Part shown: positions 37,416-47,815 of the stretch, one piece after another
Numbering within the stretch: the stretch's first letter is position 1
Layout: each line of letters starts with the position of its first letter
Source of the DNA: Clostridiales bacterium
GTDB lineage: Bacteria > Bacillota > Clostridia > Christensenellales > UBA1750
NCBI GenBank assembly: GCA_015056005.1
Contig: SVHB01000005.1
Coordinates: 1-58,232 of the forward strand
DNA length: 58,232 nt
Reading direction: 5' to 3'
The notes under the pieces: generated by a model
Database searches by the model: none
What the model was told of the DNA's origin: nothing
The model's input: the letters and a program-made list of their open reading frames with translations, nothing else
Translations under genes and position numbers: made by a program

Positions 37416-38648
37416 TCAAATATTCGGCAGCTCGCAGTTGCCGACCACCGCAACGGCATACTTGGAGCCAAGCACGCTCATTACGATCTTTTCAACATCC
37501 TCCATGGTGGTATTGTCGATCTTTGCGATAACCTCATCATCGCTTTTGATCTTCTCACCAAGAAGTATGCTCCTGCCAAGGCTGTTCATCTGCGCCATGG
37601 TGGTTTCTCTGCCAAGAATATAGCCGGTCTTGAGCTGTTCCTTGGCTTTTTCAAACTCGTTTTTGCTCATGCCCTCGCGCTTTATCAGCTCTATCTCCTG
37701 CATGATGGCATCGGCAACGGCATTAAGGTTATCGGGAGAGGTTCCCGCATAAACCGATATCATGCCGCAGGAAGAATAGCAGGAAGGATAGGAATAAACG
37801 CTGTACGCCGCGCCCATCTGCTCCCTTATCCTCTGGAAGAGCCTTGAAGACATTGCCCCGCCCAGAACGGAGTTGAAAATGGTCAGCGGATAAAGCTCGT
37901 CCGAGCCCTGAGCAACGCCCTTGAAGCCGATGCAGAGCTGAGCCTGCTCAACCGGCTTTTTCTTTAAGAGAGTAAGCCTTCTGTCGGGGTCCGTGATCTC
38001 TCGCTTTGGAGCTTCACCGCCCTGCCATGAGCCGAAGCAGCGCTCGACTATGGGAAGAAGCGTTTCCTCATCAAAGCCGCCGGCAACGGACAGAACCACG
38101 TTTTTGGGCGTATAATAAGCATTTTTATAGGAAAGAAGGCTTTCCCTTGTAGCGTTTCTGACATTTTCGGCACTGCCCAATATAGGCATGCCAAGCGCAG
38201 TTTCGGGGAAATAGGCTTCCGCAAGAAGATCGTGAACGATATCCTCTGGGGTGTCCTCGGTCATCGCGATCTCTTCAAGGATAACGCCCTTTTCCTTTTC
38301 GAGCTCGTTTTTATCAAACGAAGAATTAATGATGATATCTGAGAGCAGGTCCATCGCTCGCTCGACCTGCTGACCTATGACCTTTGCATGGAAGCAGGTA
38401 AGCTCCTTGCTGGTATAGGCGTTCACATTGCCGCCGAGCCAGTCCATTTCATCCGCCAAAAGCTGAGCCGACCTTGTGGGCGTGCCCTTGAACAGCATGT
38501 GCTCGATAAAATGGCTGTAACCGTTGTTCTCCTTGTTTTCATCTGCGCTGCCCGCCCTGATCCATACGCCGATCGCGACCGATCTGAACGCGGGCATCGG
38601 CTTGGTTATAACTCTCAAGCCGTTATTAAGTATGGTAAGCTTGTGCAA
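37416..38648 (-). CDS. M16 (pitrilysin-family) zinc peptidase
   Basis: Inverted zinc motif HFIEH, NAYTS and SSRLFQ.IRE; usual position downstream of pnp. Confidence 0.93.
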   Translation of the reverse strand: MHKLTILNNGLRVITKPMPAFRSVAIGVWIRAGSADENKENNGYSHFIEHMLFKGTPTRSAQLLADEMDWLGGNVNAYTSKELTCFHAKVIGQQVERAMDLLSDIIINSSFDKNELEKEKGVILEEIAMTEDTPEDIVHDLLAEAYFPETALGMPILGSAENVRNATRESLLSYKNAYYTPKNVVLSVAGGFDEETLLPIVERCFGSWQGGEAPKREITDPDRRLTLLKKKPVEQAQLCIGFKGVAQGSDELYPLTIFNSVLGGAMSSRLFQRIREQMGAAYSVYSYPSCYSSCGMISVYAGTSPDNLNAVADAIMQEIELIKREGMSKNEFEKAKEQLKTGYILGRETTMAQMNSLGRSILLGEKIKSDDEVIAKIDNTTMEDVEKIVMSVLGSKYAVAVVGNCELPNI

Positions 38649-38706
38649 TTTATTACCTCATAGAAAATATGGGCGGTCGCACGCCGCCCATATCGATAGA
38701 ATTTAT

Positions 38707-40869
38707 TTATCTGCGGGGAGGCCTGCCGCCGCGGTCGCCGTCTCTCTTGGGACGATCGCCGCTCTTACGCGGGGGCTTGCCGGACAGGTCGATATCGGTT
38801 CTGTCAAGGTTTACACGACCCTGACTGTCGATCTCAACGACCTTGACGGGGATAATATCGCCGATGCTGACTGCATCTTCGATCTTCTCTACCCTGCCTT
38901 CGGCGATCCTGGAGATGTGGATCATGCCGTCCTTGCCGGGGAGGAGCTCAACGAATGCGCCGACATTGGAGAGGATGCGAACGACCTTGCCCTGATATTC
39001 TTCGCCGACTTCGATCTCCTTTACGATAGCATCGATCATGGCCTTTGCCTTTTCGCCCGCTACGCCGTCGGTGGAAGCGATGAATACGCTGCCGTCGTCC
39101 TCGATATCGATCTTAACGCCGGTTTCGGCAATGATCTTGTTGATGGTCTTGCCGCCGCTGCCGATAACTTCGCGGATCTTCTCGGGATCGATGGTGAAGG
39201 AGATAATCCTGGGAGCATAGGGAGAAAGCTCTTCTCTGTGGGTGGGCAGAACTTCGAGCATCTTGGAGAGGATGTGCATACGGCCGTCCTTAGCCTGTGC
39301 CAGAGCCTGACGCAGGATGGGCTCGTCGATACCCTTGATCTTGATATCCATCTGGATGGCGGTGATGCCGTCCTTGGTACCTGCTACCTTGAAGTCCATA
39401 TCGCCAAGGAAGTCTTCCAGACCCTGGATATCGGTCAGAACAGCGATCTTACCGGATTCAACATCCTTGATAAGACCCATCGCAACGCCTGCTACGGGCT
39501 TTTTGATCGGAACGCCCGCATCCATAAGGGACAGGGTGGAACCGCAAACGGAAGCCTGAGAGGTGGAACCGTTGGAGGAAAGGACCTCGGAAACGGTGCG
39601 GATGGAATAGGGGAATTCTTCCTCAGAGGGGATCACGGGGAGCAGAGCGCGCTCTGCCAGTGCGCCGTGACCGATCTCACGCCTGCCGGGGCTGCGCAGG
39701 GGCTTGGCCTCACCGGTGGAATAAGGCGGGAAATTATAATGATGCATATAACGCTTTACGCGCTCGGGAGCGATGGTATCCAGCTCCTGTGCATCGCCAA
39801 GTACGCCGAGGGTGGTGATGGTCATAACCTGAGTCTGACCTCTGGTGAACACCGCGGAACCGTGAGTTCTGGGAAGCATGCCGGCTTCGCACCAGATGGG
39901 GCGAACCTCGGTAAGGCTTCTGCCGTCGGGACGAACGCCGTCGTTGATGATGTTGGCGCGCATGACCTTTTTGTTCATGTTATAGAGAGCATCGTCGATC
40001 TCTCTTTCCCTGCCCTCGAACTGGCTGTCCAGCTTTTCGTGGGTCAGAGCCTTTGCCTTGTCCTCACGGACCTGACGCTCAGTGCGGTCAAAGGTACGGA
40101 AGGTGTCCTTAACCAGCTCGTCAGCATATTCGGCAACTGCCTTTTCGATATCTTCGCCAACGCCTACGATGGGGAATTCGGCCTTGGTCTTGCCGATCTC
40201 TTCGCGGATCTGATCCTGAAGAGCAACGATCTTCTTGATCTCCTCGTGACCAAAGAGGATAGCGGAAAGCATCTCGTCTTCGGAAACTTCCTGAGCGCCC
40301 GCTTCAACCATCAGAACAGCGTCCTTGGTGCCGGCGACGACCAGATGCAGGCGGGATACTTCTTCCTGCTCGTGGGAGGGGTTGACGATGAACTCACCGT
40401 CGATCATGCCGATGCAAACTGCGCCGACAGGGCCCGCGAAGGGGATCTCGGAAACGGTCAGAGCTGCGGAAGCGCCGATCATTGCGGGAACTTCGGGGGG
40501 ATTGTTGTGATCGATGGAAAGAGTGGTGCAGGCGATGGAAACGTCGTTCCTCATGCCCTTGGGGAAGAGGGGACGCAGGGGCCTGTCGATAAGACGGCTG
40601 GTCAGGATGGCCTTTTCGCCGGGACGGCCTTCACGCCTGGTCCAGGAACCGGGGATGCGGCCGACTGCATAAAGCTTTTCTTCGAAATCTACACCCAGAG
40701 GGAAGTAGTCGATGCCGTCTCTTGCGGATGCGGAAACGGTGGCGTTGCACATGACCACGGTATCGCCGTAGGTCACAAATACGTTGCCGGCGGACTGCTC
40801 GGAATACTTGCCGAACTCGAGCTTGAGCTCTCTTCCGCCGAACTCGATCGTATAGATCTTGTGTTCCAT
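38707..40869 (-). CDS. pnp: Polyribonucleotide nucleotidyltransferase
   Basis: [29 protein letters not shown], and KH and S1 domains. Confidence 0.98.
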   Translation of the reverse strand: MEHKIYTIEFGGRELKLEFGKYSEQSAGNVFVTYGDTVVMCNATVSASARDGIDYFPLGVDFEEKLYAVGRIPGSWTRREGRPGEKAILTSRLIDRPLRPLFPKGMRNDVSIACTTLSIDHNNPPEVPAMIGASAALTVSEIPFAGPVGAVCIGMIDGEFIVNPSHEQEEVSRLHLVVAGTKDAVLMVEAGAQEVSEDEMLSAILFGHEEIKKIVALQDQIREEIGKTKAEFPIVGVGEDIEKAVAEYADELVKDTFRTFDRTERQVREDKAKALTHEKLDSQFEGREREIDDALYNMNKKVMRANIINDGVRPDGRSLTEVRPIWCEAGMLPRTHGSAVFTRGQTQVMTITTLGVLGDAQELDTIAPERVKRYMHHYNFPPYSTGEAKPLRSPGRREIGHGALAERALLPVIPSEEEFPYSIRTVSEVLSSNGSTSQASVCGSTLSLMDAGVPIKKPVAGVAMGLIKDVESGKIAVLTDIQGLEDFLGDMDFKVAGTKDGITAIQMDIKIKGIDEPILRQALAQAKDGRMHILSKMLEVLPTHREELSPYAPRIISFTIDPEKIREVIGSGGKTINKIIAETGVKIDIEDDGSVFIASTDGVAGEKAKAMIDAIVKEIEVGEEYQGKVVRILSNVGAFVELLPGKDGMIHISRIAEGRVEKIEDAVSIGDIIPVKVVEIDSQGRVNLDRTDIDLSGKPPRKSGDRPKRDGDRGGRPPRR

Positions 40870-41042
40870 AAAAATTTACCTCATTTTCTTCCGACTCGAA
40901 TCGAGTCCGTCCGACCGCCTTAATGCGCGAGGTTTACACAAAATACTCAAAACAAATATTTTCTGCAAACCCCACGGCGTACCAAGGCGGCAGTATAACG
41001 GCGGGGGACAAGACTTTGCCCCCGCCGTAAGTTTGGCTTTGA

Positions 41043-41306
41043 TTATCTGCGGATACCCAGCTGAGCGATAAGAGTACGATAGCGCTCGATATCGATCTTT
41101 GCCAGATAGTCAAGCAGACCTCTGCGCTTACCGACCATGATCATCAGACCACGCTGAGAGTGGAAGTCCTTCTTGTTCTGCTTCATGTGCTCGTTGAGGT
41201 GGTTGATGCGCTCGGTGAGCAGAGCGATCTGAACCTCAGGAGAGCCGGTGTCGCCCTCATGACGTGCAAACTTTTCGATCAGTTCGGTTTTTCTTGCCTT
41301 GTCCAT
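41043..41306 (-). CDS. rpsO: 30S ribosomal protein S15
   Basis: [13 protein letters not shown]; start at ATG 41306 behind AAGGGAG. Confidence 0.98.
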   Translation of the reverse strand: MDKARKTELIEKFARHEGDTGSPEVQIALLTERINHLNEHMKQNKKDFHSQRGLMIMVGKRRGLLDYLAKIDIERYRTLIAQLGIRR

Positions 41307-41329
41307 TTTTAGTTTCTCCCTTTTTGACA

Positions 41330-41450
41330 AAATAATTTGCGCTTAAAATCGCCCATGCCCGCGAAAGCCGATGGGAAGTCCCGGCAGCCGCAGAAACAGG
41401 GTTCATAAAAAGCCAAGATATATTTTACCACTTATCTGCCCTGTTGTAAA
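41330..41450 (-). promoter_or_regulatory. rpsO promoter and probable S15 leader
   Basis: TTTACA-17-TAAAAT with extended TG; ~100-nt GC-rich leader, structure not verified. Confidence 0.45.
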
Positions 41451-41474
41451 CAGGTTTTAACTCAGCTTCGATAA

Positions 41475-42164
41475 TTATTTTTGTCCGTAATATGCGTTTT
41501 TTCCGTGCTTGCGCTCAAAATGCTTTTCCTGCAGCGCTTTAGGGGCATCTTCTGCCAAAGGATTGATGCCAAGGGTGATATACGCCATTGCGGCCAGCTC
41601 TTCAAGCACCACTGCGTTGTGCACGGCGTTTTGAGCATCCTTGCCCCACGAGAAGGGGCCGTGGTTTTTTACTATAACACCGGGAACATGCACAGGGTTT
41701 ATTCCCTCAAACCTTTTTGCGATGGTAACACCGGTCTCATGCTCGTATTTTCCGTTTATCTGCTCATCTGTAAGAGAGGGCGTGCAGGGCACGGCGCCGT
41801 GGAAATAATCCGCGTGAGTTGTCCCAAGCGGAGGGATATCCCTGCCCGCCTGCGCCCATGCGGTGGCATACCTTGAATGGGTATGAACAACACCGCCTAT
41901 CTCGGGGAAAGCCTTATAAAGATAAACATGGGTGGGAAGGTCGGAGGAAGCGCGAAGGCCGTCCTCGATAGGATTTCCGTCAAGGTCGGTCAGAACGATG
42001 TCTTCCCACTTCATCGTCTCATATGCTACGCCCGAGGGTTTGATGGCGATAACGCCTGCCTGTCTGTCAATCTGGCTCACATTGCCCCATGTATATACCA
42101 CAAGTCCGCGCCTGTTGAGCTCGAGGTTCTGCTCAAACACGATTTTTTTGAGTTCTTCAAACAT
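41475..42164 (-). CDS. araD: L-ribulose-5-phosphate 4-epimerase
   Basis: YTWGNVS, IKPSG, SSD.PTH, HTHS, GTTHADYF and HGKNAYYGQ; start at ATG 42164 behind GGGAG. Confidence 0.95.
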   Translation of the reverse strand: MFEELKKIVFEQNLELNRRGLVVYTWGNVSQIDRQAGVIAIKPSGVAYETMKWEDIVLTDLDGNPIEDGLRASSDLPTHVYLYKAFPEIGGVVHTHSRYATAWAQAGRDIPPLGTTHADYFHGAVPCTPSLTDEQINGKYEHETGVTIAKRFEGINPVHVPGVIVKNHGPFSWGKDAQNAVHNAVVLEELAAMAYITLGINPLAEDAPKALQEKHFERKHGKNAYYGQK

Positions 42165-42241
42165 ATTATATACGCTCCCTGCCATAAGTTGCTTTTACAG
42201 TATATATAACATTTTTTGTGTGCAAAATCAAGAAAAATCGC

Positions 42242-42270
42242 TTGACAGCAATAAGTATCTGTGTTATATT
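42242..42270 (+). promoter_or_regulatory. rplJL promoter
   Basis: TTGACA-17-TATATT with extended TG. Confidence 0.75.
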
Positions 42271-42296
42271 ATTACCCGTCGATCAAGCGTCGATGC

Positions 42297-42400
42297 ACCG
42301 TAGACAGCAGGTTTCCCTTACGGGAAGTAAGTTTATCGCCTGCCGAGGGAATCAAAGCGTGTAATTTTCACGCCCCTGTTTTGGTGCAGGGGCGTTTTTT
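42297..42400 (+). promoter_or_regulatory. L10 leader with attenuator terminator
   Basis: CCGTAGACAGCAGG...CCTGCCGAGG, then the CGCCCCTG/CAGGGGCG hairpin and a T-run before rplJ. Confidence 0.88.
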
Positions 42401-42429
42401 CGTAGCCGTGAAACAAAGAGGTGAACCAA

Positions 42430-42930
42430 ATGAACAAAAACCATGAGGCTAAAGCGGTTGTTGTTGAGCAGATCAAGGAAAAGCTTTCCAATGCTAAGTC
42501 CTGCGTTCTGGTCGACTATCGCGGTCTTACGGTTGAGGAGGACACCGCTCTCAGGCGCAGTCTGCGTGAAGCAGGCGTTGAGTACAAGGTACTCAAGAAC
42601 ACCCTGATCAAGCGTGCCGCCAATGCTCTGGATCTTACCGATCTGGATCCTTTCCTCAACGGTCCCACCGCAGTCGCTTTCAGCGAGACCGATCCCGTTG
42701 CCCCCGCGAAGATCATCGCTCAGGCAATCGAGAAGACCAAGAAGATGGAGATCAAGGCCGGCTATGTCGAAGGCAAGTTCTGCGACGCCGCCACTCTGGG
42801 CAACATCGCTAAGCTGCCCAGCAAGGAAGTCCTCATCGCAAAGATGCTCGGCAGCTTCAACGCTCCCCTGTGCAACTTCCTTTACTGCATCAACGCCATC
42901 ATCGAAAAGCGCGAAGCCGAACAGGCTTAA
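42430..42930 (+). CDS. rplJ: 50S ribosomal protein L10
   Basis: DYRGLTV, VLKNTL, L.GPTAVAF and LPSKE. Confidence 0.97.
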   Translation: MNKNHEAKAVVVEQIKEKLSNAKSCVLVDYRGLTVEEDTALRRSLREAGVEYKVLKNTLIKRAANALDLTDLDPFLNGPTAVAFSETDPVAPAKIIAQAIEKTKKMEIKAGYVEGKFCDAATLGNIAKLPSKEVLIAKMLGSFNAPLCNFLYCINAIIEKREAEQA

Positions 42931-42960
42931 GCCAACCAAAATTTACGGAGGTACAATGTA

Positions 42961-43332
42961 ATGAACATCCAGGAAATCATCGCTGCTGTTGAAAATATGA
43001 CCGTTCTCGAGCTCGCCGATCTGGTTAAGGCTCTTGAAGAGAAGTTCGGCGTATCCGCCGCTGCTCCCGTTGCCGTTGCCGGCGCAGGCGCTGCTGAGGC
43101 TGCTCCCGCTGAAGAGAAGACCGAGTTCGACGTTATCCTCAAGGCTGCTGGCTCTGAGAAGATCAAGGTCATCAAGGTTGTCCGTGAAGTCGTTTCCGGT
43201 CTGGGCCTGAAGGAAGCTAAGGAGATCGTTGACAACGCTCCCAAGGCTCTCAAGGAAGGCGTTTCCAAGGAAGAAGCCGAGACTATCAAGAAGAAGTTCG
43301 AAGAAGTCGGCGCAGAGATCGAAATCAAGTAA
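42961..43332 (+). CDS. rplL: 50S ribosomal protein L7/L12
   Basis: [19 protein letters not shown] and GLGLKEAK. Confidence 0.98.
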   Translation: MNIQEIIAAVENMTVLELADLVKALEEKFGVSAAAPVAVAGAGAAEAAPAEEKTEFDVILKAAGSEKIKVIKVVREVVSGLGLKEAKEIVDNAPKALKEGVSKEEAETIKKKFEEVGAEIEIK

Positions 43333-43352
43333 TTTGGTTTTACCCGAAAATC

Positions 43353-43381
43353 AAGGCACAGCTTTCAGCTGTGCCTTTTTT
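43353..43381 (+). terminator. rplJL terminator
   Basis: AAGGCACAGCT-N3-AGCTGTGCCTT followed by a T-run. Confidence 0.8.
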
Positions 43382-43492
43382 GTTTTGGAATATGCGTTGC
43401 TCTTTATTTTTATGTGCAGCTGTGATATAATGATATGTAATAATAGGATAATAATATTCGTTATATACACATTGACCCTTGGAGGTAAGCAT

Positions 43493-44773
43493 ATGTCTAA
43501 AAACAGCTCCTTTTTCAAAGCTTTAAGGAAAGCATCCGTAATTTTTTCGGTTCTGTTTATTGCAATAGCCATGACAGCCTGTTCAGCCTCGCCCAAAATC
43601 GTGGCGATAGAGACCCTGTCTCCCGTAAGAACTAAAACGCCCATCACTACCCCGGATCCCGAGGCGGACGTTACCCCCGAGGATACCTCCGATCCTCAGG
43701 ATGTACCCGATAACAGCAATGTCACTACCATAAACATCAAAGCTGTCGGAGATATCGCGCCTCAGACAGAGATATTGCAGGCGGCCTACGACGCAGCCGG
43801 CGACGAATATGACTTCAATGCCCTTTTTGAAAAGGTCGCAGAGGATCTTGATTCCGACTATACCATCGCATCCTTCGAGTCCATCTCAGTTGCCACCAGC
43901 GTTACTGCATACAGCGGCAGAAAGAGCTATAACACTCCCACCAGCATCTATGCAGCTATCAAAAACGCAAATATTGACGCAGTCACGCTTGCCAACAGCC
44001 ATATCCTCGACCAGGGCATGGCGGGCATCCGTTCCACCATCGAGGCGGTCGAATCCGCAGGGCTTGACCATTTCGGCGCATATACCTCCCTTGATTCCGC
44101 AAACGCTGAAAGATACAGCCTGGTCGATGTAAAAGGCATCAAGCTCGGCATCCTTTCCTACTCCGACGAATTCAGGCAGAACTTAAACGACCTTTCCTCC
44201 GATGAAAAGCAGTACGCCACCAACACCATGGTCGCAAGCAATATCGTAAGCGATATCCAGCGCGTCCGCGATAAGGGCGCAGACGTAGTTATCCTTTGCA
44301 TGCACTGGGGCGAGCTCTTCACCAGAGAGCCAAACAGTGAGCAGAGAGAGCTTGCCGAGACCCTGCTCAGTGCAGGCGCGGATGTCATTTTGGGCACCCA
44401 TGCTCAGCAGGTCATGAAGATCACCAACAAGGAGATCTCAAGGAACGACGGAAGCGTCGGTCACGGTATCGTTGCATACTGCCTTGGCAACTTCGTATCC
44501 GAATACCGCGAGCAGTACAACGACAGCGGCATCATTCTCTCCCTCAACATCACCAAGGATAACGAGACAGGCGAGGTTACCATCGCGACTCCCGAATACA
44601 TCCCCACCTACATTAACCGTGTAAGCTCCGGCGCAGAGCTCAAATTTGAGGTCCTGCCCATTTACAAATACACCACCGGTTCCGCCCTTGACGCAGCAGC
44701 GCTCAACAGGATGAACGCTGCCTACGGCGAGATCAAGGCCGTCATAGGTTCCGAAGCCGCCACCCCAAAATAA
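43493..44773 (+). CDS. CapA-family (PGA_cap) metallophosphoesterase-like lipoprotein
   Basis: Signal with MTAC; VGDI, LANSH.LD.G, MHWG.E, GADVILG.H and YCLGNF; start at ATG 43493 behind GGAGG. Confidence 0.87.
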   Translation: MSKNSSFFKALRKASVIFSVLFIAIAMTACSASPKIVAIETLSPVRTKTPITTPDPEADVTPEDTSDPQDVPDNSNVTTINIKAVGDIAPQTEILQAAYDAAGDEYDFNALFEKVAEDLDSDYTIASFESISVATSVTAYSGRKSYNTPTSIYAAIKNANIDAVTLANSHILDQGMAGIRSTIEAVESAGLDHFGAYTSLDSANAERYSLVDVKGIKLGILSYSDEFRQNLNDLSSDEKQYATNTMVASNIVSDIQRVRDKGADVVILCMHWGELFTREPNSEQRELAETLLSAGADVILGTHAQQVMKITNKEISRNDGSVGHGIVAYCLGNFVSEYREQYNDSGIILSLNITKDNETGEVTIATPEYIPTYINRVSSGAELKFEVLPIYKYTTGSALDAAALNRMNAAYGEIKAVIGSEAATPK

Positions 44774-44816
44774 ACCTGTTTATCAACCAATTTCTTAAAT
44801 AAGGAAGCGAATATAA

Positions 44817-46091
44817 ATGAAGTTCGATACCATTGCACTGCACGCGGGTTACCGCAAGGACGCTGCCAACAGCGCCATAACCGTGCCGATCTATCAGTCC
44901 AACGCATATCATTACGATACCGCTCAGCAGGCCGCAGATCGCTTTGCGCTCAAGGATGACGGATATATCTATACCCGCCTTGGCAACCCCACCAGCGCCG
45001 TTCTTGAGACCAGAATGGCTGCGCTTGAAGGCGGCGTGGGCGCGCTTGCGACCTCTTCCGGTCATGCAGCAGAGCTTATCGCCCTGCTTACAATCCTTTC
45101 CGCGGGCGATCATGTCGTATCTTCCACCTATATCTACGGCGGTACCTTTAATCTTCTGAGCCAGACCCTGCCCAGATACGGCATCACCACCACCTTTGTA
45201 AACCCCGATGATCCCGAAAATTTCAGGCGCGCAATGAAGGACAACACCAAGCTTTTCTATGCAGAACAGCTCGGCAACCCCGTTATCAATGTTATCGACG
45301 TTGAAGCCATCTCCGCCATCGCGCACGAAAACGGCATCCCGCTTATGATCGATAACACCGTTGCCTCCCCGTACCTTTATCGTCCCATCGAGCACGGTGC
45401 AGATATAGTAGTTGAATCCACCACCAAATACGTCGGCGGTCACGGCTCCACCATGGGCGGCATGATAATCGACGGCGGCAAGTTTGACTGGGAAGCATCG
45501 GGCAAATTCCCCATGCTCACTCAGCCCGACCCCTCCTATCACGGCGATATCCATACCAAGCTTTTCGGCAGCGCCGCCTTCATAGGCAAGGCGAGGGTCA
45601 GCATCCAGAGGGATGTCGGCGCCGCACCCTCCCCCATGAACAGCTTTTTCCTTATAAACAGCCTTGAGACCCTGTCCGTCAGAATGGACAGGATAGTTTA
45701 CAACACAAGAAAGCTCATTGAATTTTTGAAGGATCACCCGGGCGTAGAGGGTATCACCTACCCCGAGATCCCCGAAAGCAAGTATTATGAGCTTGCAAAG
45801 CGTGACCTTCCCAAGGGCTGCTCAGGCCTTTTCTGCTTTGATATAAAGGGCGGCGTGGAAGCAGGTGCAAAATTCATAAATAACCTTAAGCTTTTCTATC
45901 ACGCATCCAATTTTGCCGATTCTCATTCCATGGTATCCCACCCCGCCAGCACCACTCATTCCCAGATGAGCAGCGAGGAAAGGCTGAGCAGCGGTCTTAC
46001 CGACGGTATGATCAGGGTCAGCGTGGGTCTTGAGGATATCGAAGACCTGAAGGAAGACCTCGATCAGGCTATCAGAGCCGCCATCAAATAA
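44817..46091 (+). CDS. metY: O-acetylhomoserine aminocarboxypropyltransferase
   Basis: YTRLGNPT, IDNT, PLP lysine in STTKYVGGHG, and HPASTTH. Confidence 0.92.
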   Translation: MKFDTIALHAGYRKDAANSAITVPIYQSNAYHYDTAQQAADRFALKDDGYIYTRLGNPTSAVLETRMAALEGGVGALATSSGHAAELIALLTILSAGDHVVSSTYIYGGTFNLLSQTLPRYGITTTFVNPDDPENFRRAMKDNTKLFYAEQLGNPVINVIDVEAISAIAHENGIPLMIDNTVASPYLYRPIEHGADIVVESTTKYVGGHGSTMGGMIIDGGKFDWEASGKFPMLTQPDPSYHGDIHTKLFGSAAFIGKARVSIQRDVGAAPSPMNSFFLINSLETLSVRMDRIVYNTRKLIEFLKDHPGVEGITYPEIPESKYYELAKRDLPKGCSGLFCFDIKGGVEAGAKFINNLKLFYHASNFADSHSMVSHPASTTHSQMSSEERLSSGLTDGMIRVSVGLEDIEDLKEDLDQAIRAAIK

Positions 46092-46112
46092 AGAAATGCC
46101 CGGAGGACCGAC

Positions 46113-47039
46113 ATGCCCGTAAAAGTGCCCAACGATCTGCCTGCAGTGCAGATCTTAAAAGACGAGAACATATTCACAATGGACGAAAGAAGAGCCTCTC
46201 AGCAGGATATTCGTCCGCTCAAGATCGCCATACTCAATTTAATGCCCACCAAGATCGTAACCGAAACTCAGCTTCTGCGTCTTCTGGGCAACACTCCGCT
46301 TCAGATTGAAGTAACGCTGCTCAGGACCGCTTCCCATCTTTCCAAGAACACCGATCCGGAGCATCTGGATGCTTTTTACAAGACCTTTGATGAGATCAAG
46401 GACGATAAATTCGACGGTCTTATCATCACCGGCGCGCCCGTTGAGCAGATCGATTTTACAGAGGTAAATTACTGGGAAGAGCTTGTGCGCATCATCAAAT
46501 GGGGCAAGCACCATGTCTTTTCCACCCTTTATATCTGCTGGGCGGCGCAGGCAGGTCTTTATCACATTTTCGGCATACAGAAGCACCCGCTTGATAAAAA
46601 ATGCTCGGGCGTTTTTGCCCATGAGGTGCTCAATAAAAAGGCCCCCATCGTCCGCGGCTTTGACGATACTTTCTGGGCGCCCCATTCAAGGCATACCGAG
46701 ATAAGGCGCGAGGATATCGAAAAAGACCCGAGGCTTGAGCTTTTGGCGTATTCTCAGGAAGCAGGCGTTTATCTTGTTTCTTCCACCGATATGAAAAATG
46801 TTTTCGTAACGGGTCACAGCGAATATGACTGGGACACGCTCAAAAACGAGTATACCCGCGATATCGGCAAGGGTATGGATGTTCCCGTTCCCGCGCATTA
46901 TTTCCCCGATGACGATCCCACAAAGCAGCCGCTTGTCAGATGGCGCTCTCACGCCAATCTGCTTTTCCAGAACTGGCTCAACTATTACGTATATCAGGAA
47001 ACTCCCTTTGATCTTTCCAGCCTTGAACAAGAGAGGTAA
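46113..47039 (+). CDS. metA: Homoserine O-acyltransferase (MetA family)
   Basis: QDIRPL, ILNLMP, TGAPVE, ICWAAQ, PHSR and GHSEY. Confidence 0.95.
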   Translation: MPVKVPNDLPAVQILKDENIFTMDERRASQQDIRPLKIAILNLMPTKIVTETQLLRLLGNTPLQIEVTLLRTASHLSKNTDPEHLDAFYKTFDEIKDDKFDGLIITGAPVEQIDFTEVNYWEELVRIIKWGKHHVFSTLYICWAAQAGLYHIFGIQKHPLDKKCSGVFAHEVLNKKAPIVRGFDDTFWAPHSRHTEIRREDIEKDPRLELLAYSQEAGVYLVSSTDMKNVFVTGHSEYDWDTLKNEYTRDIGKGMDVPVPAHYFPDDDPTKQPLVRWRSHANLLFQNWLNYYVYQETPFDLSSLEQER

Positions 47040-47044
47040 ACAAA

Positions 47045-47743
47045 ATGTCACGACTTGGCGACCTTATAAAATCCCAGCGCACCAAATATAACATGACCCC
47101 AAAGCAGCTCGCGCGCAAGTGCGGCGTTTCCGAGGCTTTCGTGCTTGAAGTCGAAAGCGGCAGAAAGATCCCCAACGATATCATTGCAACCAGAATGCTC
47201 AAAGCAATGGGCGCTGTCGATACCGTTATGAACGACCTGAACGCCGAGACCGCCGTGGCTTCCATGCCCGCTGCTCCCACCTACACTCCCCAGATCAAAA
47301 AACCAAAAGTACAGGAGCCCAAAGTCCCTCAGGGCGAAGTTTCCGATACCTGGAAGGACGCTCTTTCCGGCGTTATCAAGCGCGTGCCCATATACGACAG
47401 CGCGCATAACCTCGTTGGTCACAATATGATCGCCCTTGAAGACGGCAAGGTCATGGGGGCAAACCCTCAGAACGTGTTCTATTTCAAGGTACCTGACGGC
47501 ACTATGCGCGATATAAGGATCTGCGCAGGAGATCTGGTGCTTTGCATTCCCCAGAAAGGAATTACCCATAATTCCGTAATGGTATTCAAGCTTGCAGGGC
47601 AGTATATGGTAAGAAGGGTCAAAAAGGTCGACGGCAATAAGGCGGAACTCAGCTGGTTCGAATCCTCCGCCATGACTCAGACCGTAAACATCTCCGATCT
47701 TTCCGATATTGCCAGAGCCGTTAAGGTAGAATTTGCCTTATAA
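47045..47743 (+). CDS. XRE HTH regulator with a degenerate S24-like C-terminal domain
   Basis: N-terminal HTH; FYFKVPDGTM..I..GDLV and MVRRV. Confidence 0.75.
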   Translation: MSRLGDLIKSQRTKYNMTPKQLARKCGVSEAFVLEVESGRKIPNDIIATRMLKAMGAVDTVMNDLNAETAVASMPAAPTYTPQIKKPKVQEPKVPQGEVSDTWKDALSGVIKRVPIYDSAHNLVGHNMIALEDGKVMGANPQNVFYFKVPDGTMRDIRICAGDLVLCIPQKGITHNSVMVFKLAGQYMVRRVKKVDGNKAELSWFESSAMTQTVNISDLSDIARAVKVEFAL

Positions 47744-47815
47744 TGTTAAAATGCGTTGCAAACGGCAAAATTTGGTGTTATAATATATCCAAATGAAATA
47801 TTAGGAGGTCTTTCC

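Noticed and set aside
37100-37531. 143-aa plus-strand ORF
   Set aside because: Antisense to rnpB and the M16 peptidase 3' end
38524-40923. 799-aa antisense ORF over pnp
   Set aside because: Mirror frame produced by strong codon bias in a highly expressed gene
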